Shown here: positions 40,684 through 57,904 of the stretch, piece by piece
Layout of the letters: every line of letters starts with the position of its first letter
How positions within the stretch are numbered: the stretch's first letter is position 1
Source of the DNA: Ptychomitrium polyphyllum
Taxonomy: Eukaryota
Reading direction: 5' to 3'
Length of the DNA: 64,000 bases
NCBI GenBank assembly: GCA_973851085.1
Contig: OZ316776.1
Location: 12,152,001 to 12,216,000, forward strand
Program-made: the position numbers and the translations under genes
The notes under the pieces: generated by a model
Seen by the model: only the letters and a program-made list of their open reading frames with translations
Told to the model about the DNA's origin: nothing
Database searches by the model: none

Positions 40684-43600
40684 CTACTGGCTCCGTCCTT
40701 TACTACGCATTATCTCTTGACTTTCTGTGTCGAATGTCCGCTTAAGCTGTGTAAGGCAGACCACAAAAAGCAAACGGAAGGAAAGCAAGGAATATATTTC
40801 AACCACAACACGAAACCAAATCAATAAAAGAATAGATCCTGTATGATTTAGTACTTACAGTCACTTGTTATACTTTACGGCGAACGGAACATTACAAACC
40901 CCACTGCAAACTCCAGTCTCTGATCCAGCTAATGCTTACAGCTGCTCTGCAAAGACGCCCTACTAAGCGCCTCAACACAATTACCTGGTAGAGTCCAAAT
41001 GAGCTCAAATAGCTAAAGTATACTTTGACCACAGAAATTATCGAAGCAAACTGCCGATACAAATATCAACACATTATTCAACCAGCTCTCACAGCACAAA
41101 GTAGGCTTTCAAGTAACTACATTTAACCAAATAAAAAGCAAATGCTACAATGAAGTGAGAAGCACCTGTTTAGAAGATTCCTTGGCATTAATTCCTGCAC
41201 ATGAAACCAGTACCAAGACCTCAGCAATCACATGACATGGTACATCACAGGAATCTAATAGCATACATCTGAGCAGTGTGCAGAATTGCCATGGGACAGG
41301 AAAACACAAAGGAATAGTACTATAGGATACACAAAGTGCATTGTGTTTAAATCTCCAGTAGAAAAAAAATTGATAGACTCCAAGCTCCCGTTACAAACGT
41401 GACTAGGGTAACCCATAACGTAACTGCTGAAGAACTCAGAATGGTATGAAGTGTCTCAGTGAGGTGGCTATAGTCTACTCTTGGCCCCTCTATCGTTTAC
41501 ACACGCAAACAAGGTACCTCTCACATTTCTACTCGTCTGACTGCATTGTAGCTTCAACTAGTAAAGGCTGCAACAACGAGCAAGGCTAGCGAGAAGAGGG
41601 CGGTCGGAAAATGGTTGCTTCTGCGCACAATCAATGTCTTGACTTCCCGAAGCTTGACTTCAAGTTTACTGTACAGACACCCACATACAAGGCTCCGACT
41701 TCTGAAAATACCAGATTTGTGCAAAATGCAATACTAACCTGGAAGAAGCCCTTCAGTCCGGTGGTTATACTCCACATTTGCAACTCTTGAGGTTCATCCT
41801 CGACCTCATCCTGCACATGAACCTGTGGATGACATAAATTCAAAGTTTTAAAAAGATAACGAAAGCATCCAACTGAGAAAAAAACAGTCAACTCTAGGGA
41901 ATAAAGCTGCGCCAGCACTAGACCGGTTGTAGAACCACATCTTACTACCATGTGAAGCTTGGTAATGTGATATCAATAGGATACCAGTCACCAACAAGTA
42001 ATTCTACAATCCTTTTCAAGAGCTGCAAAGAACTGTGAACTTTCAGTTGGTTGTGGGGGAAGGCATTTGTAGTGAATTAGACTAGAATCATAATGTCCAA
42101 ATAGAACCATAAGCTAGTTTCATATCGTATTTTAAAATGTCTGACCTAATTACTTATGTAAAATTCAAAACAATGACTACAACCTCTTCTGTCTTCACCT
42201 TGTCACCTCCATCCCTAAGTTGCTGTTGACGAAGGTACTGAGACCAATCTTCCTGTTTATTATTCAAGTCTGTGATCTGCTCCCAATGACAACACAGGAG
42301 AACTCAACGCCACTGAAGTATGTAGCAAGCCCGAAATGAGACCTGCTACTGATATTTTCTTTCTTGTGACGCCTTGGTGAAAGGGTTTTGTGGAGTCACA
42401 TCGTACCTGAACCTTTAGCTGTTTCAGTTTCTGCAATCGAGCCTCTTGAAACTTCAGTGAATTCTTATCTGAGTCATGCGCAAAACTTTCAAGCTCCTGC
42501 ATTAATTCGTCTCCTTCCTGCTGCAAATTAGAGGTTATAATGAGCTGGATTAATATCATCTTTAGTGTTAGTAATATTTACCCACCAGTTGAGCTCCCAT
42601 TCGTCAAAGTTCATAAACATATACAACTTCGTGATTTTTCGTGCAATACTTTCCAAGTCATGTTCAGCTCAAATTCATATTATGGGGTGTAAGCTTGAAG
42701 AGGGAAAAACCTTATTACCTGCAAGTGCTTCTTTTCCTCTTCTAGTTCTACCAATTTATTTTCAAAGTGTTGCTTCAAGATCTTTGAATCCGGCCGTACA
42801 AATAACTTGATTTCCGCCTGTAACATGATGTTAATTACAACACTGAATTTACGTCACAAATTTTTCCAAAAATCCAATTGCGAAAATAATCAGCTCTACT
42901 AGAAGAGGTGCATTCTACTGGTACTTCAACCTTTCAACACAATAATCACAACACTATTAACAGCTCTTGTACAAGGGTCTAACTGTCATATGAAAGAATA
43001 AAAGACCCTTTCTATGGTGCACAATTGATTTGAAGAAACTCTCTCTCACAGCCGATCTCTTCACCTGTTTTTGCTCAAGGCGTTTATCTGTTTCTATTAA
43101 CTCTTTGTCAAATTTCTCTTGCATAGACGGATGTTTAAGATCTTTCAGCAGCTCATCTGTATCAATCTCTCCAGAGAATTCACCTGCACACACCATTCAT
43201 CTTTTAGAGCAGCTCCAGATCGTGTGGAAAGTTTCTGGAATTACATGAAACTAGCCCTAGTAAGAACACGAATGTTGTGCACACAACTATGAATATCACA
43301 CAATTAAGACACTAACATCAAAGAGGGTACATATGACTTTAAACGTTGATGATGAATATGATCAATGAGTAAACTCATAGTCGAATACCAGGGCGTAGAT
43401 AAATATCCCCGTCAATGCCTGCAACACCAAAGCCTGCTCCAGCTGTGCTCTCCCCCCTGCTCCGGGACGAGGAAGTGGATGGAGGCCTTGGAGGAGTATA
43501 TGATGGGATTCTAGCGTATTGCAGTTGTTGGAGCTCGGATTCTAACTCCTGAATCCTGATTACGTACTCTTTCAGCAGATCATCTGTCTGAACCATCAAA

Positions 43601-46600
43601 TCACAGTCAACTGCTAGACAACTTGAGACTGCATTTTTAAAATTATTGAAATTAAGTCAAACTAAGTATGAGCTTTGCGGTGCCTAAAGTTACATAAACT
43701 TCAATGAAAAATGGTGTACCTGCACATCAAGTCCTTGGTCAAGCTCCTCAAAGGTTTTCCCAGATCTAAGTTGGTCAAGCTTGATTCTAAGCGTATCACG
43801 CTCCACCTGTAATCCAATATTTCAAGAGACTTGCTGCAATGATGATGGAAAGATGAATTTGGAAGTACAAATCGTAGAAAACCTTTGCGACTTGCTCATA
43901 AATGTGATGGCAAGGGACAGACAGCTTACCTGTGATTCTAAAGCACATTGAGAAATTTCACCAATACGATCACGAGCCTCTTCCAACTCACGCCGCAGAT
44001 CCATGTTGCTAGCTTCAAGCCAAGCAACCTTTTGCTTCAACATCTGTACGATTTCAAATCATCTTATCAGGGAAAGTTGAGACAGGGACGATGTGATACT
44101 AAGAAGGAAACCAACGGGGAGCTAAAGGTCCAGAGGCCAGCAAATTTAGCGCACCTGAAACTCAGTATTCGAAGGACCGCCTGCCCTTGCACATAGAAGT
44201 TCTGCCTGCATAAGCTCAAGTTGCTGTCTCATTCGCTGCATTTCAGCTGCAAGTGGATCTCGGTTCACCTAATTATACAAAAATTTATTTTCTGTTAGAA
44301 TATCCTCACACAAATTCATTTCTTACTGATGAAGCCAGAGTTCACTAAAGAATGGAATATCAGATTATCAAGATTTAAATATTTTGAATTTTTTCAAATA
44401 AAACAAAGTATAACATTTCGGATATTCATACAAGCTCCTCAGATCCGGCTAGTCAAATACTGGAAACGTTAAAGGTACTTACTGTAGGCTTATTTCGAAT
44501 GTTGCGAGCCCTATTTGCATACTTAAGGGTATTGATAGACTCTTCAGCATTTACGTCTGCTGGACTCACACAAGCTGCAAGACACAAGAACAAGAACGAC
44601 TTAGTCTAACGAATAAGGAATTAGTCAAACGCAGCATTAACAAAAGCATGTCTAAGGTAAGCATGATTATGACTCACCAATCATAACCGTTCTGCTATTT
44701 CCTCCTAGAGAATCCTGTAACCAACAGAAATAAGTTAGGAATAACTTAGAAATTAGTTCAAAAACTGAATAAGATCTCACGACTCACAAACGGCAATCAG
44801 CAATCGTACCAAAGATTGAAGAGCTCGCACCTGTAACAATCGTGTCAACTTGCTATCTCGGTAGGGAACATGACCCCCTTCTCGGCGCTTTTTTTCATCA
44901 CCTAATGCACTGATCACGTTTCCAAGTGCTAGAAGGCCTCTGTTTATGTGCACACCTAAAGAAATTTTATAGAACATGCATCCGGAGTTACTTGTTCTGT
45001 GCTTCAAATTCTTAACACATAAAAGCAAAAGAGACATCTTACATCCACAATCAGAGCTAGTTTTAATGACCCAAAAATCACTTATCAGTCCTTTCTCACA
45101 TTTCAATTGATAACGGAAAACACAAACGAGACTATAAATCTTTCAAGATAGTAACATGATTCAAAGCGAGAAGAAAAGAATAATTATCAAATAAGGAAAT
45201 GTCTGAAAACCTTCTTTGAATCGAAGACCATCAGCTCCTGTTCGCTTCGCCCTTTCTGAGCCAGCTAAGTCAACGAGATGTAACTTGGCGCACAAATAGT
45301 CTTCATTACAGTCTTCAGGTGAAGGGTTTCCTCCATCAGGCAGTGGATCCCATTTGCGGCGCTGCTCAAGTGTAATAGTGAATATCGCATGTGATCGGCT
45401 GAACAAGAAGCACAGACACCTATAAGTGACCTGAACCCAGGAATTATACGGGCGATCAAATCCGCTTGTCTCGTATGAGTCTTACAGACATGAGTTCAGC
45501 TTTCGATCCCTCCACCAGATCACAAACACCTTGGCAGCGGTACCAGAAAGGTAGCATCCATCCCTCAACGTAATATTCTAGAAACAAGCGTCTATCAAGA
45601 CGACGTCCAAATAAACAAGCTCCCAGATTTTGTAACAACCAGTTAGCTCTCAGAACTTTCTGCCGCAGTTTCATCTCTAAAATGTGCCAAGATGCTATCT
45701 ATAAAATCAACAACCACTCAAAATTGGAACAATTATCATGGATTTGATTAACAACGCAACTCTAGAGGGTGGTTATGAGGTGAATGAGCAAGTCTGCTTC
45801 ATAGAGTAGTGTAATATAGTAGCAGGTGAAGACCTTGAGTGGGAATTCATGTTTGTGCTTCCGGTTGCACGACTCAGAGACCCATGCTCTAAATAAGCCG
45901 CCATTTCTTCCAAACTTTTTACATCAGCCTCTGTCACACCCATCAAGGTGATTCCTCCAGAAGTAGTCTCGCGAATTTGAATAGGTGGCTTGCCTACAGC
46001 TAATGCCTTCAACCCTCCTCCAAATATGTATTCTGTCGATGGAGGATTCGGGTCCAGCAGATCATGAATCTCCTCTTTCAATATCTAAACATAAACAATG
46101 CCTGACGTTAAACAAACATGACCCATAAAACTACAATAATAAAACGTGAAGCGATCTGGTAAAAGACTCTGAGACCGACTTATAATTTGTTTAGACCTAC
46201 TCAGGTCTAACAAATAAGCATGAAGCTAGGTCAAATGCTCCGAACCATGCGCGAAAGTCTCTGCAATTGTGTTGACACAACCGCGAGCTAATGGAAATGT
46301 AAAATCGTGACAAAAGACGTTGATTGAGACCGAGAAATGCTCCATGACCTCCGGTTCGAAATAGAAGGCTTCGAGAGGAACATACCTCGATAAATGAAAC
46401 TCGGATCTGAAAATCAGCCTTGTGTTTAAGCGTTTCGATTCTCTTAAAAATCGTCTGCATGACTTGCGGAATGACTCCTTCGGTACTGCCTCCAGCTGTA
46501 TAGCCAGTTCCCATGGTGTATGTTTTCCCGGATCCGGTCTGCCATTTAAAAATAAATAACAATACGAAACCAGTGAACAAAACATGCCGGCAGAATCCCC

Positions 46601-47445
46601 ATCTTTTTCAATTGAATTGAGTTCTCGTAGCATATTCAACTTGTTCATATCACTAAATTTCTTTTTTCCATAAGTATACTTGCAATCTATATCGTCGAAT
46701 ACTGGGAAAAAGTGACTCTGTTTATTCGGTCGGACTTCAGTGCACATTGTACAGGAAGCCTCTATCAAGCATCAACACACCTGTCCATATGCCAAGACAG
46801 TGGCATTGTAGCCATGGAATAGCCCCTCGACCAGTGGTTTCACACATTTGTCAAAAATGGCTGGCAGCGGCGTAGCAGCTCTGCCGAAAATGTAGTCAAA
46901 TGTGAAAGAGTGATGGCCAATTTGAACCTGTCACACGTACACCAATACATGTGCACTTCTCAGTTCCTAGTAAATCAGAACAGTAACAGCAACCAAATTA
47001 CCGTATGCTGAATAGCGACTGAAGAAGCGTTTGGAATTATCGCTATTAACGTCAGTTGAGCCTTCTAATGTCCACAAATCTTCGATTACGAGAAGGTAAA
47101 TAAGAGAAAATCGTGATGATTGTGCTAAAATTGCGACAAGACGGAATGAAAAATTCCTCACATCCAAGCACAAAAACGCAAAACAGACTAATCGTTGGGC
47201 TCTAAAGCTGGGCCGTGCAAATGTATGAAAGTTCCAGATGAAAAATAAGCAATGAGAAAAGGGGCTACCTGTGGTTCGCCAGGGACTACTGTTATACAAT
47301 CCTTGCATCCTTGAACCCGCTCCAACGCAATTAGAGGTCTTATGTTTAGGGCAACCTGTACAGCCTGAGTTGCTTCACTCTCATCCAAGATGCTTTCCTC
47401 CTCAAATGGCTCGCTCTCGTGACCAATACCGTTCTCCATCACCAT
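40684..47445 (-). CDS. Kinesin-4 family (KIF4/FRA1-like) motor protein, ~751 aa in my model; short diverged stalk, last exons uncertain
   Basis: Exons: 47445-47269, 46927-46781, 46538-46386, 46084-45834, 45398-45211, 44955-44831, 44714-44678, 44574-44483, 44268-44155, 44043-43930, 43806-43720, 43587-43389, 43183-43065, 42817-42719, 42520-42407, 42276-42184, 41822-41739, 40746-40684. All introns are GT-AG and frame-consistent. Motifs: [75 protein letters not shown], and neck NKPTVNRDP typical of kinesin-4. Confidence 0.9.
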
Positions 47446-50400
47446 AGCTGTGTCTAGATCACAGCCCGGGCTTTAAAGGAGAATTGGCATCCGTAGCTGG
47501 AAAGAAGTAGCAGGAGGCATCGAACACGAGGAGGGCGATCGACTTAGAGGCTAAACTGTTGGTAATGACGAAGCCTGTATCACAGGCATACCCAATTAAC
47601 CTTACCTTGACGATAGAGGAAGCAAAGGAAGAGAATGAGCGGCCCATGTTGTCATTTCATGAGAGGGTTACTACTTGCTGCATCATGCCGATCGACTTCT
47701 CCTATTAATGCTCGTGAAACAAGTTAACGTCTTCAATCCTCGTCCACTTGGACCATAATCCCGGATTGGTCCCAATATTTCAAATGCTGACAACATTGCA
47801 TTACAGAGCTTTTTGATGTAAAAATCCTGCCCACATGCCAAATGCAGGAGCCGATTAAAAACAAAAATAGGAAATACGTGATCCTGTTCAGATGAGTCAA
47901 AGTGTCGATTCCGAAACAAAATCCGATTCGTCGAAAACACATCCGTTTCTAGAGTACGATGTTATCGAGCCTACTCTCTCAAAGCAGAAGAAAGGGTGAC
48001 GAGAAAACACACGATCTAGCACAATCAACGATCTACTCTCCAAAACTAAACAGAATTGCGAATGCATAATTCAACCTCGAATTCCGAAAAGAGTAAAACC
48101 ACCATCCAACCTAAGAAAAACCCCCAAACCTCCCGTGTCACATTACACCTCCCCTCTCACATTCTATTCTCACACAATTCTCCAAGAACGTCTCAAATCG
48201 CGCACCAAAAACGATACTTAAAGACCGAACTGCCAACCAACAACCACCCCCATGATCTCCACCCTAAGAACCAAATCGAGGATCCCTCGCCACCTCCAAA
48301 TCAAAAAATCCAAAACCTACGCCTGCCTCTTGCCCTGCCTCGCCCTCTCCCTCTCCCGATCCTAACAACGCACGACCAACCACACAAACCAATCCAACAC
48401 ACCCCCAACCTCATACCAACCACAGAAAACTCCCAGAGCGCTGCCACAAACCTAAGCAATACCGACGACCAAAACCTCCGCACTCAATCTACATTCACCC
48501 ATGCCATCGCTCAACACACATCAAACTCACCACCGCAAACACAGCCTCCCAAACACCGCCCTCCCCGAAACAGAGGACCTGGGAAAACGATCCTCGGAAA
48601 CTCCACCACAGTGCAACCGAAACTAAACAAAATTCCAGCTTGAAGAGCGCAAACGAGAGAGCGCGAGGTGCTGGACACGCCCGCCACAGCACAGAAGCGT
48701 AGAGGACAGCAGTGAGCCGGGACAGCACCTAGACGTGAGGGGGGCTGGACGCCATAGCCGGGCGGAGCAGCGCAGTTTGCTTCAGCGTCAGTCTAGTTCT
48801 ACTTTCTTGTGACCACGACGACCGGGTCAGGCCGGGCCGGGCCGGGGTGCCCCAGGGTTCCCCAAGGGTGGGACCCGCGGATGTGCCAAGGGGGGCGTGG
48901 TCACAAGATGGCTGGTGACATGGCGCTTCCTTGGGGCTCCGAGGCCGTTCACACCGGCGGCGGGCGTTCTGTTATTGCGTCACCTATTGGGGGCAGTTCT
49001 AGGTTTTTGAATATGGTGAACTTTGTCCCGTTTGCACACTCTAGCCATCCCTCTTTGGAGAATCCACCAATCACTTCGGTGATTGTGCTTCTGGCTTACA
49101 ATAGACAAGGGGGAGTTTGGCAGAGGAGGGGTGCTGTTACAGTGTTCTTTCTTAGTTTGAAATAACTCTACTACTTGGATGTGGGAGAGTTGTAATGAAT
49201 TGTGAGGGACGTATGAAGGTGTGAGTATAAGCTTGACAGTGAGTGCTATCTTCTTCTTTTGTTTTGGCCTTGGAGCGACGTTTGCAGCACTTGAGTATGC
49301 TGCTTCACTAGATTTTAGACAAAATCGTTTTTCATCTTAATAGATCCATGGTCCTTAAATGTACATATTCATATTTGTCAAGTAATGGTTTTTCAATTAT
49401 TAGAGTATATTTTTTTTACTTTTCTTTAACTAGAAAGTTCTTTTAGAAAAATATATTTTTGAAAGGAGGGGATCAAAAGAATCTTCTAAAGATGGTATAT
49501 AAATATTTTGTTAACATTCCTTACAAATGTATTAATATGAGGAATATACAAGCAGCTTTCTATAGGACATAGAAAACTACACCTTAGTGTTTTTAATAGT
49601 AGCTCTTATTTATGAAACTATTTGTCCCAAGGAAGGTCTTCATTGTACCGAATAATATTAAAAAATTGAATTTGGAAAAGAGATCCTGTATACCTATCTA
49701 TAGGAAGTTACTATATATGATTTAATCATGTAACACTCTTTTAAGGACCATTTTCATTACTTTCTTAAATTTTATTTTTTTATGGATTCTATTACTAAAA
49801 CCTACAATAACATAAGATTTTATAATATTCATTCCATAAACTTTGCATATATTAGGATTGTATGCAAAGTTTTTCAATTTATTTAACTTTTAACTTCTCA
49901 TTTATTTTGTGTATTGGTACTATAATGCGTTGCAATAGATGAATAATACATTATCTTTTTTTGAATAATAGATTTAAAGCTTTGGTTGAAGATGAAGGAT
50001 TTGTAAAGAAGCATGAAGAATAAGGACTTGGCGTTGTTTTAGATTGTCTAGCAACTTGACATAAATTAAGTATTGCTTTCTTTTATTTTCAAAAAGAGTT
50101 TTTCTATATATTTAATCAAAAAAATTATCACTAATTTTAGCATTTGAAAGAATCTATTGTTAAAAAAACTTAATTAAAATCAAACATGCATAATTATGAG
50201 CCATGAATGATCTTGTTTCAATGCCAATCTCATTACTACAATGGGATGGGATGCTCCAATTAGTTAATGATGTCTTAATTTGTTACAAGGGATTGTTACT
50301 AAGGGATTGACGCAAGGGAGGGTTCACAATGAAAGGCTTTGTGTACTTAGATGCTTTTCAAATTCAGCCCTCTCATCTGGTTGGAGATATTTATTAAACT

Positions 50401-53374
50401 CAACCCTGCTCTTACTAACTTCATCCAGTTGTACACTATGCCCACTTTCTCTCTCGTGTGGAGAATAAACTAAAAGTATGTTTGTGCTAGTGGCTTGCAC
50501 AGAAGAAAAAAGAAAGAGGGTTTTCAGCGTAGGTGCATGGGTGGTTAATGTTATAAAGTTTAGGTGATGAATAATGTGGATCTTCTTAATTTCATGAGCC
50601 CTTCAGATGCAGCCCATGACATCAGCTCCTTTTTAATAGCTGCACACTCATTGCAGAGTATGAGGAAGGGGTACCTTTTGCCAACAATTTGTTCATTGTG
50701 CATACAAATGATTAGGTTCAAGTAAGCCAAATTTCTCTTAATTAGCAAATTACAAAAGAGAGTGAATGCCCCAAGAATTATAAATTTTGAAGCTACATTT
50801 TGTTAGATTAAAATTGTTAAAGTGAAAACATACGTTTATCCTTTGTGGATTGACATGTTTTCATAAATCACTGAATCCATGATTGTTTTCACCTTTACCT
50901 ACTTTCAACAAGGACATTGGTATTACATTATGACATTTTAATGCTAAACATAGTTAGGTATTGAAATGAGTTCACACAATTGAAATTGGAATTGCAACAT
51001 GTTGAAAATGAATAAAAATAAATAAAATACAGATGACAGCCATGGGACTCAGGGTTGCATTGCTACCTTACACCTTTGGTTTCCTTATGACACACTCCAA
51101 AGAAGTCTCTACATAGTTGTTCTACATTGAACTTACACCAAAGCTTGAATGACGTACTTAGACATGACATCCATTGATTTCAGCAAACACCTGATGTACA
51201 ATGACAGTGTCAAAAGAGACAGGGTTAAAAGGTTAAAATAGCTACTTCATGTACAGTACAGAGCAAGCAGTAGAGGGAGGTTTTACATGTCATTGTATTA
51301 CCGTATGATTTATGAAGCTGTTGAAGTACAGTAGGCATTGAAATATCAGATAGTGCTGTCATTCATTGGGTAATAGAATTTGATGAACAATCCTATGCAA
51401 CTACTCTAGGACTAGAAAAAGCATGATATTAAATACTTGGGGTGCTGTAATCTGCAGAATTTGTGCACTTCAAAGACTAGATCAGAGAGACAGAGTTTGT
51501 TGTACAGTGTTTCTTATCAGGAGGGTAATGGTGTCTGAGGGCTTCAAAGCTTGAGAAGGTCAGCAAATATTCCAATCACTGAAGGATCCTCATATTGTTG
51601 CTCCATTTTGTTGATCTCAAGAAACTTGAAGTGACTAGCAGTTGCAAAAGCATAGGTTGTTAACTCACCTTGCAAACTTTGTTGGGTAGAAGCACAGGCA
51701 ACAGGCTAATCCATTAACAGGCAACTACGTCACTTACCCAATTCACCCTCAGTATAGAGCTGCTGTTATCACAATAGTTCCTCCCAGTAAGAGCTAGAAA
51801 ACCTAATGCCTACACCCTACTCCAGATTGTCAGCAGAATTGAAGTTTACAGATACGTTCATAAATACAGTAGGACAAAGCCAAAAATCATGTACTTCCCA
51901 AATCTGTCCTCATGAATCAAAATTTAGAGACCATCAGTATGAGGACAGAATCCAGAAGCACATAATTTTGGGTTTTCCGCCTTTCCCTGCAGACTCACAT
52001 TCTTTGCAATCGGACATTTGAAGGTTCCAGTTGAGAAACCATACCAGGAAGTGTCCAAGTCTCAGGCAATGACTCTGCAAGTTACCTGATGTCATTTGGT
52101 TCAGAAAAGCAACCATAACTTCCTCTATAGGCACTCACTCTAAACAAGTTGCTAACTTCCCAATGAAGCATGACAGTCAGGTACAATTACAACACAAAAT
52201 CATGGAAACGTGAAGAGAATTTCTTATTTACTTAGTATACAACAAAGTTTACGTGACACATGCAACAAATTGGCAAAGTTGAACCAGTGAAGAAAGGTAA
52301 GGATCTGTTTACTCTGCGGTAGCCATCCTTATTAACTACCCAGTGCTACCAATATGTATACGAGAGCTGCCACAAAGTCAATTGTCTGAAAGGTGGTGAC
52401 TGGGCTCACAGAAACTACCCACAATTCCAGAATTTATGTTGTAATTGACCATAACATACCAAGAAATATTAATAAGCATCAATTAGATGCTTGTGTAACA
52501 TCTGTTCTGAAATCACTCCAGGAACTTATATGCACTAGGAGTCACTCTAAAGCTAATTTCCACAGATCCAACTTCTGATTTCTGCTTCAGATGCCCCTGC
52601 ATCCAGGAACAAAGCAAATGATATCTAATTCCTATCCCATGTCTGGTTGCATTTCAGTTAAGTGGGCAGAGAGTTTGCCCAGCTGGTGTAGCACGGAAGT
52701 AACCAGCTTCAGTTCACGAGGACAGATAAGTACCACGAGGTGTAAGGAACTCCATCGGCAAGTATGTGCCTAACATCATGAAGGTAAACACAGATCCCCA
52801 CTCTCATAAACTTTACAGTGCTAATTCTAATTCACCTTTTTTTTGGTATCTGAGTTTGGCACTGACATCGGTTTCGAGATCGTGCCTCACTAATCAGAGA
52901 TAAATTGTGAGCAAAAATAGATCATGCAGCTTGAGTAGGTTAACTACACTCCTTGACGACTACGAACAATCAAGGTGACAAATCCAATCTTTGGAAGGGT
53001 AGACAAATCTTAATTCGACAATCCGCAGTCTTGTCCGATAATAGTTGGACCGGTCGAAGTTGCTCATTCGAAAATATCTGTACTTGCCCTAAGTTTTCTA
53101 GATAAGGAACTCTTTCGTTAAACTTTGACCGAAAAAAAAAGGATCGAATGGAGAATGGGAACAGGTTGAGTACACTCTGCTTATAGACATGCAACTTGCG
53201 TGGTGAATGCCACCCTGGCTTTGAAATCGCAATTTCATCGACTGCCACATATTTACCTAAGGTTATCAGCATAACTGTAGCCATGATCGCCACCTCCCGC
53301 TCAGATACGTTGTGTAAGGCTACGCACGTCCTGCCAAACGGGATGATGCTCAACAGGTTATTCACGTCCACAGA

Positions 53375-55949
<2,575 letters not shown>

Positions 55950-57904
55950 TGCTGACGTCGAGTACGTGCTCGAGGGACGAGAGAATAAGCACCTCTTCTT
56001 TGATGTCTCAATCGTGGCGAAACAATATCGTGACGTCGAACTAACTTGTAGTACCTCGTGACTAGAGCGGGAGCAAACGAGATCCTGGTCCAATAAGTTA
56101 CCTAAGCTCCTCTCCTCACCATAACTTTATGCATTCGGTGAGTCAAACAGATTGGCAGAGGGATGTCGGATAGTACACGCCGTAGATAGGGGAATGAAGC
56201 TACCACATGTTGTGCACCACCAGCATTGACAATTACATGAACATCTCACTGAAAATGTATCGCTAAAGTCTCAAGGGGACTGGGGAAACCTCGCAGTGAC
56301 GAACACCAGATGAAGGTCATAACAGACTAAGAGCTATGTGCAATATACTACCACGTAATTGAGACGAGCTTCAGTTCAAAGTAGGCGATGAAGCGGTCCG
56401 AAAGATGAGGTCAAGAAAATCCGAGGCAGATAGATCTTACAAAAGAGTGTTTAGGTCACGGTTATTGTTTCTCTTGTGAGAAGAAAACAATACAAGCTAA
56501 GCCGCCACCCGCTTTCTCAGATCATAGAAATAGACAACGTCCATATGAAAGACGACCTTACCACATCAAGGATGGGAAGGCGGATATGTCCACTGTAGAG
56601 AATGCTGGGGCCTCGTCTTCTCAGGCGTCCTCAACGATACGAAAGGCAAAACTTCTAAGGAAAAACAATGTGTCACCTCAAACAGACATAGGCATGTAGT
56701 GTTTACTTTACTAAGAGAAAAACTGGGAGCTTCCTTAAAAGGAGCTCAAACTCGATGAAATAACACTATGACAAATTCGTGCATTGCATAAAGAGTCGCT
56801 GACTCGAGTCACTCCTCGTGCAGGAGACGCCTGTTTCGAAACTCCAGCAATACAAAATTAAAAAGGAGGGATGAAGCCAATTCAAAACCGCAGCTCTACA
56901 ACCAAATAGATAATCGAACTTGTAGGAGGCAACAAAGAGAAACTGAAGAACAAAGCCCTAAAATTATAAGCTGCAATCTCAAGATTACTTATTAATCCCT
57001 GGCATATCTTTCAAGCGCAATGCGGCCCGAAACCAGAGTGGAGGAGAAAAAACTACAAAACAAAGATCAAATGACCTTGAAACACTGAGAGAACGAAATG
57101 TAGAAAAACCTCCGCCAACGTCAAGAAAAACAATGCACCCCCACACTGCGCTAACAGTCCGCCCTCTTCAAGGTCTCGTCCACAGAAAGAAACAAACCAA
57201 CACTGAACAACAACAACCAATACCCTGAGCTCCAACAAAAGTCCACAAAGAAACAGAATGACGCGCCCTGGGCCTGGACGTAACAAGAGCATCTACCTAT
57301 CGCAGTGGGCAAGAAGAGAAGACAAACAGCCCCTCTGACACACCACCTTACACCCCAGCAGCATGACAGCAACAGACTCGCAAATGCACACAGACGTGCC
57401 GTATTCGCTCTTGACAGACATAATAACACTCCCACTCTCGCATTACCCGTAACAATTCAAAAGACCACAATCACGAAAGAAACGAATGCAAATCAAACCC
57501 AATCGCCTGCCTATCCTCCCCACTACCGACAAGAAAATCCAACGTCGCACCTGCAGAAACGGCCCCCAACACAACAACCCCTCGAACAGAACTCATATCA
57601 TCCCACAGCAAAACGCCATCGAACCCACATGGACCTCCCGGCGCACATTCAAACCCAACTCAAGGGGGGTGTGGGGAAACCACGAGTGATCCGAAGAAAG
57701 AAGTGCAGGATTCTTCAACTCGAGAAAGGAATGCGACGAATCCAGGTGCCTGTGGGGGACAATTGGGGGTGGGGGGGGGGGGGATTTGCAAGAGGTGGCT
57801 TGCTGTGCTGACGGAATGATTGTGCTGCTGCGACCATGAAGGATCGAGGACGAAGGCGTCGCTTCGCAGCCTCAGCCATGCCTCGCTCGTCCTGCCAAGC
57901 TGTC

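Noticed and set aside
48056..48643. 195-aa Pro/Gln/Thr/Asn-rich plus-strand ORF (similarly 57305-57811)
   Set aside because: Antisense reading of GT-rich 5' UTR introns of the kinesin and CDKB genes; a compositional artefact.
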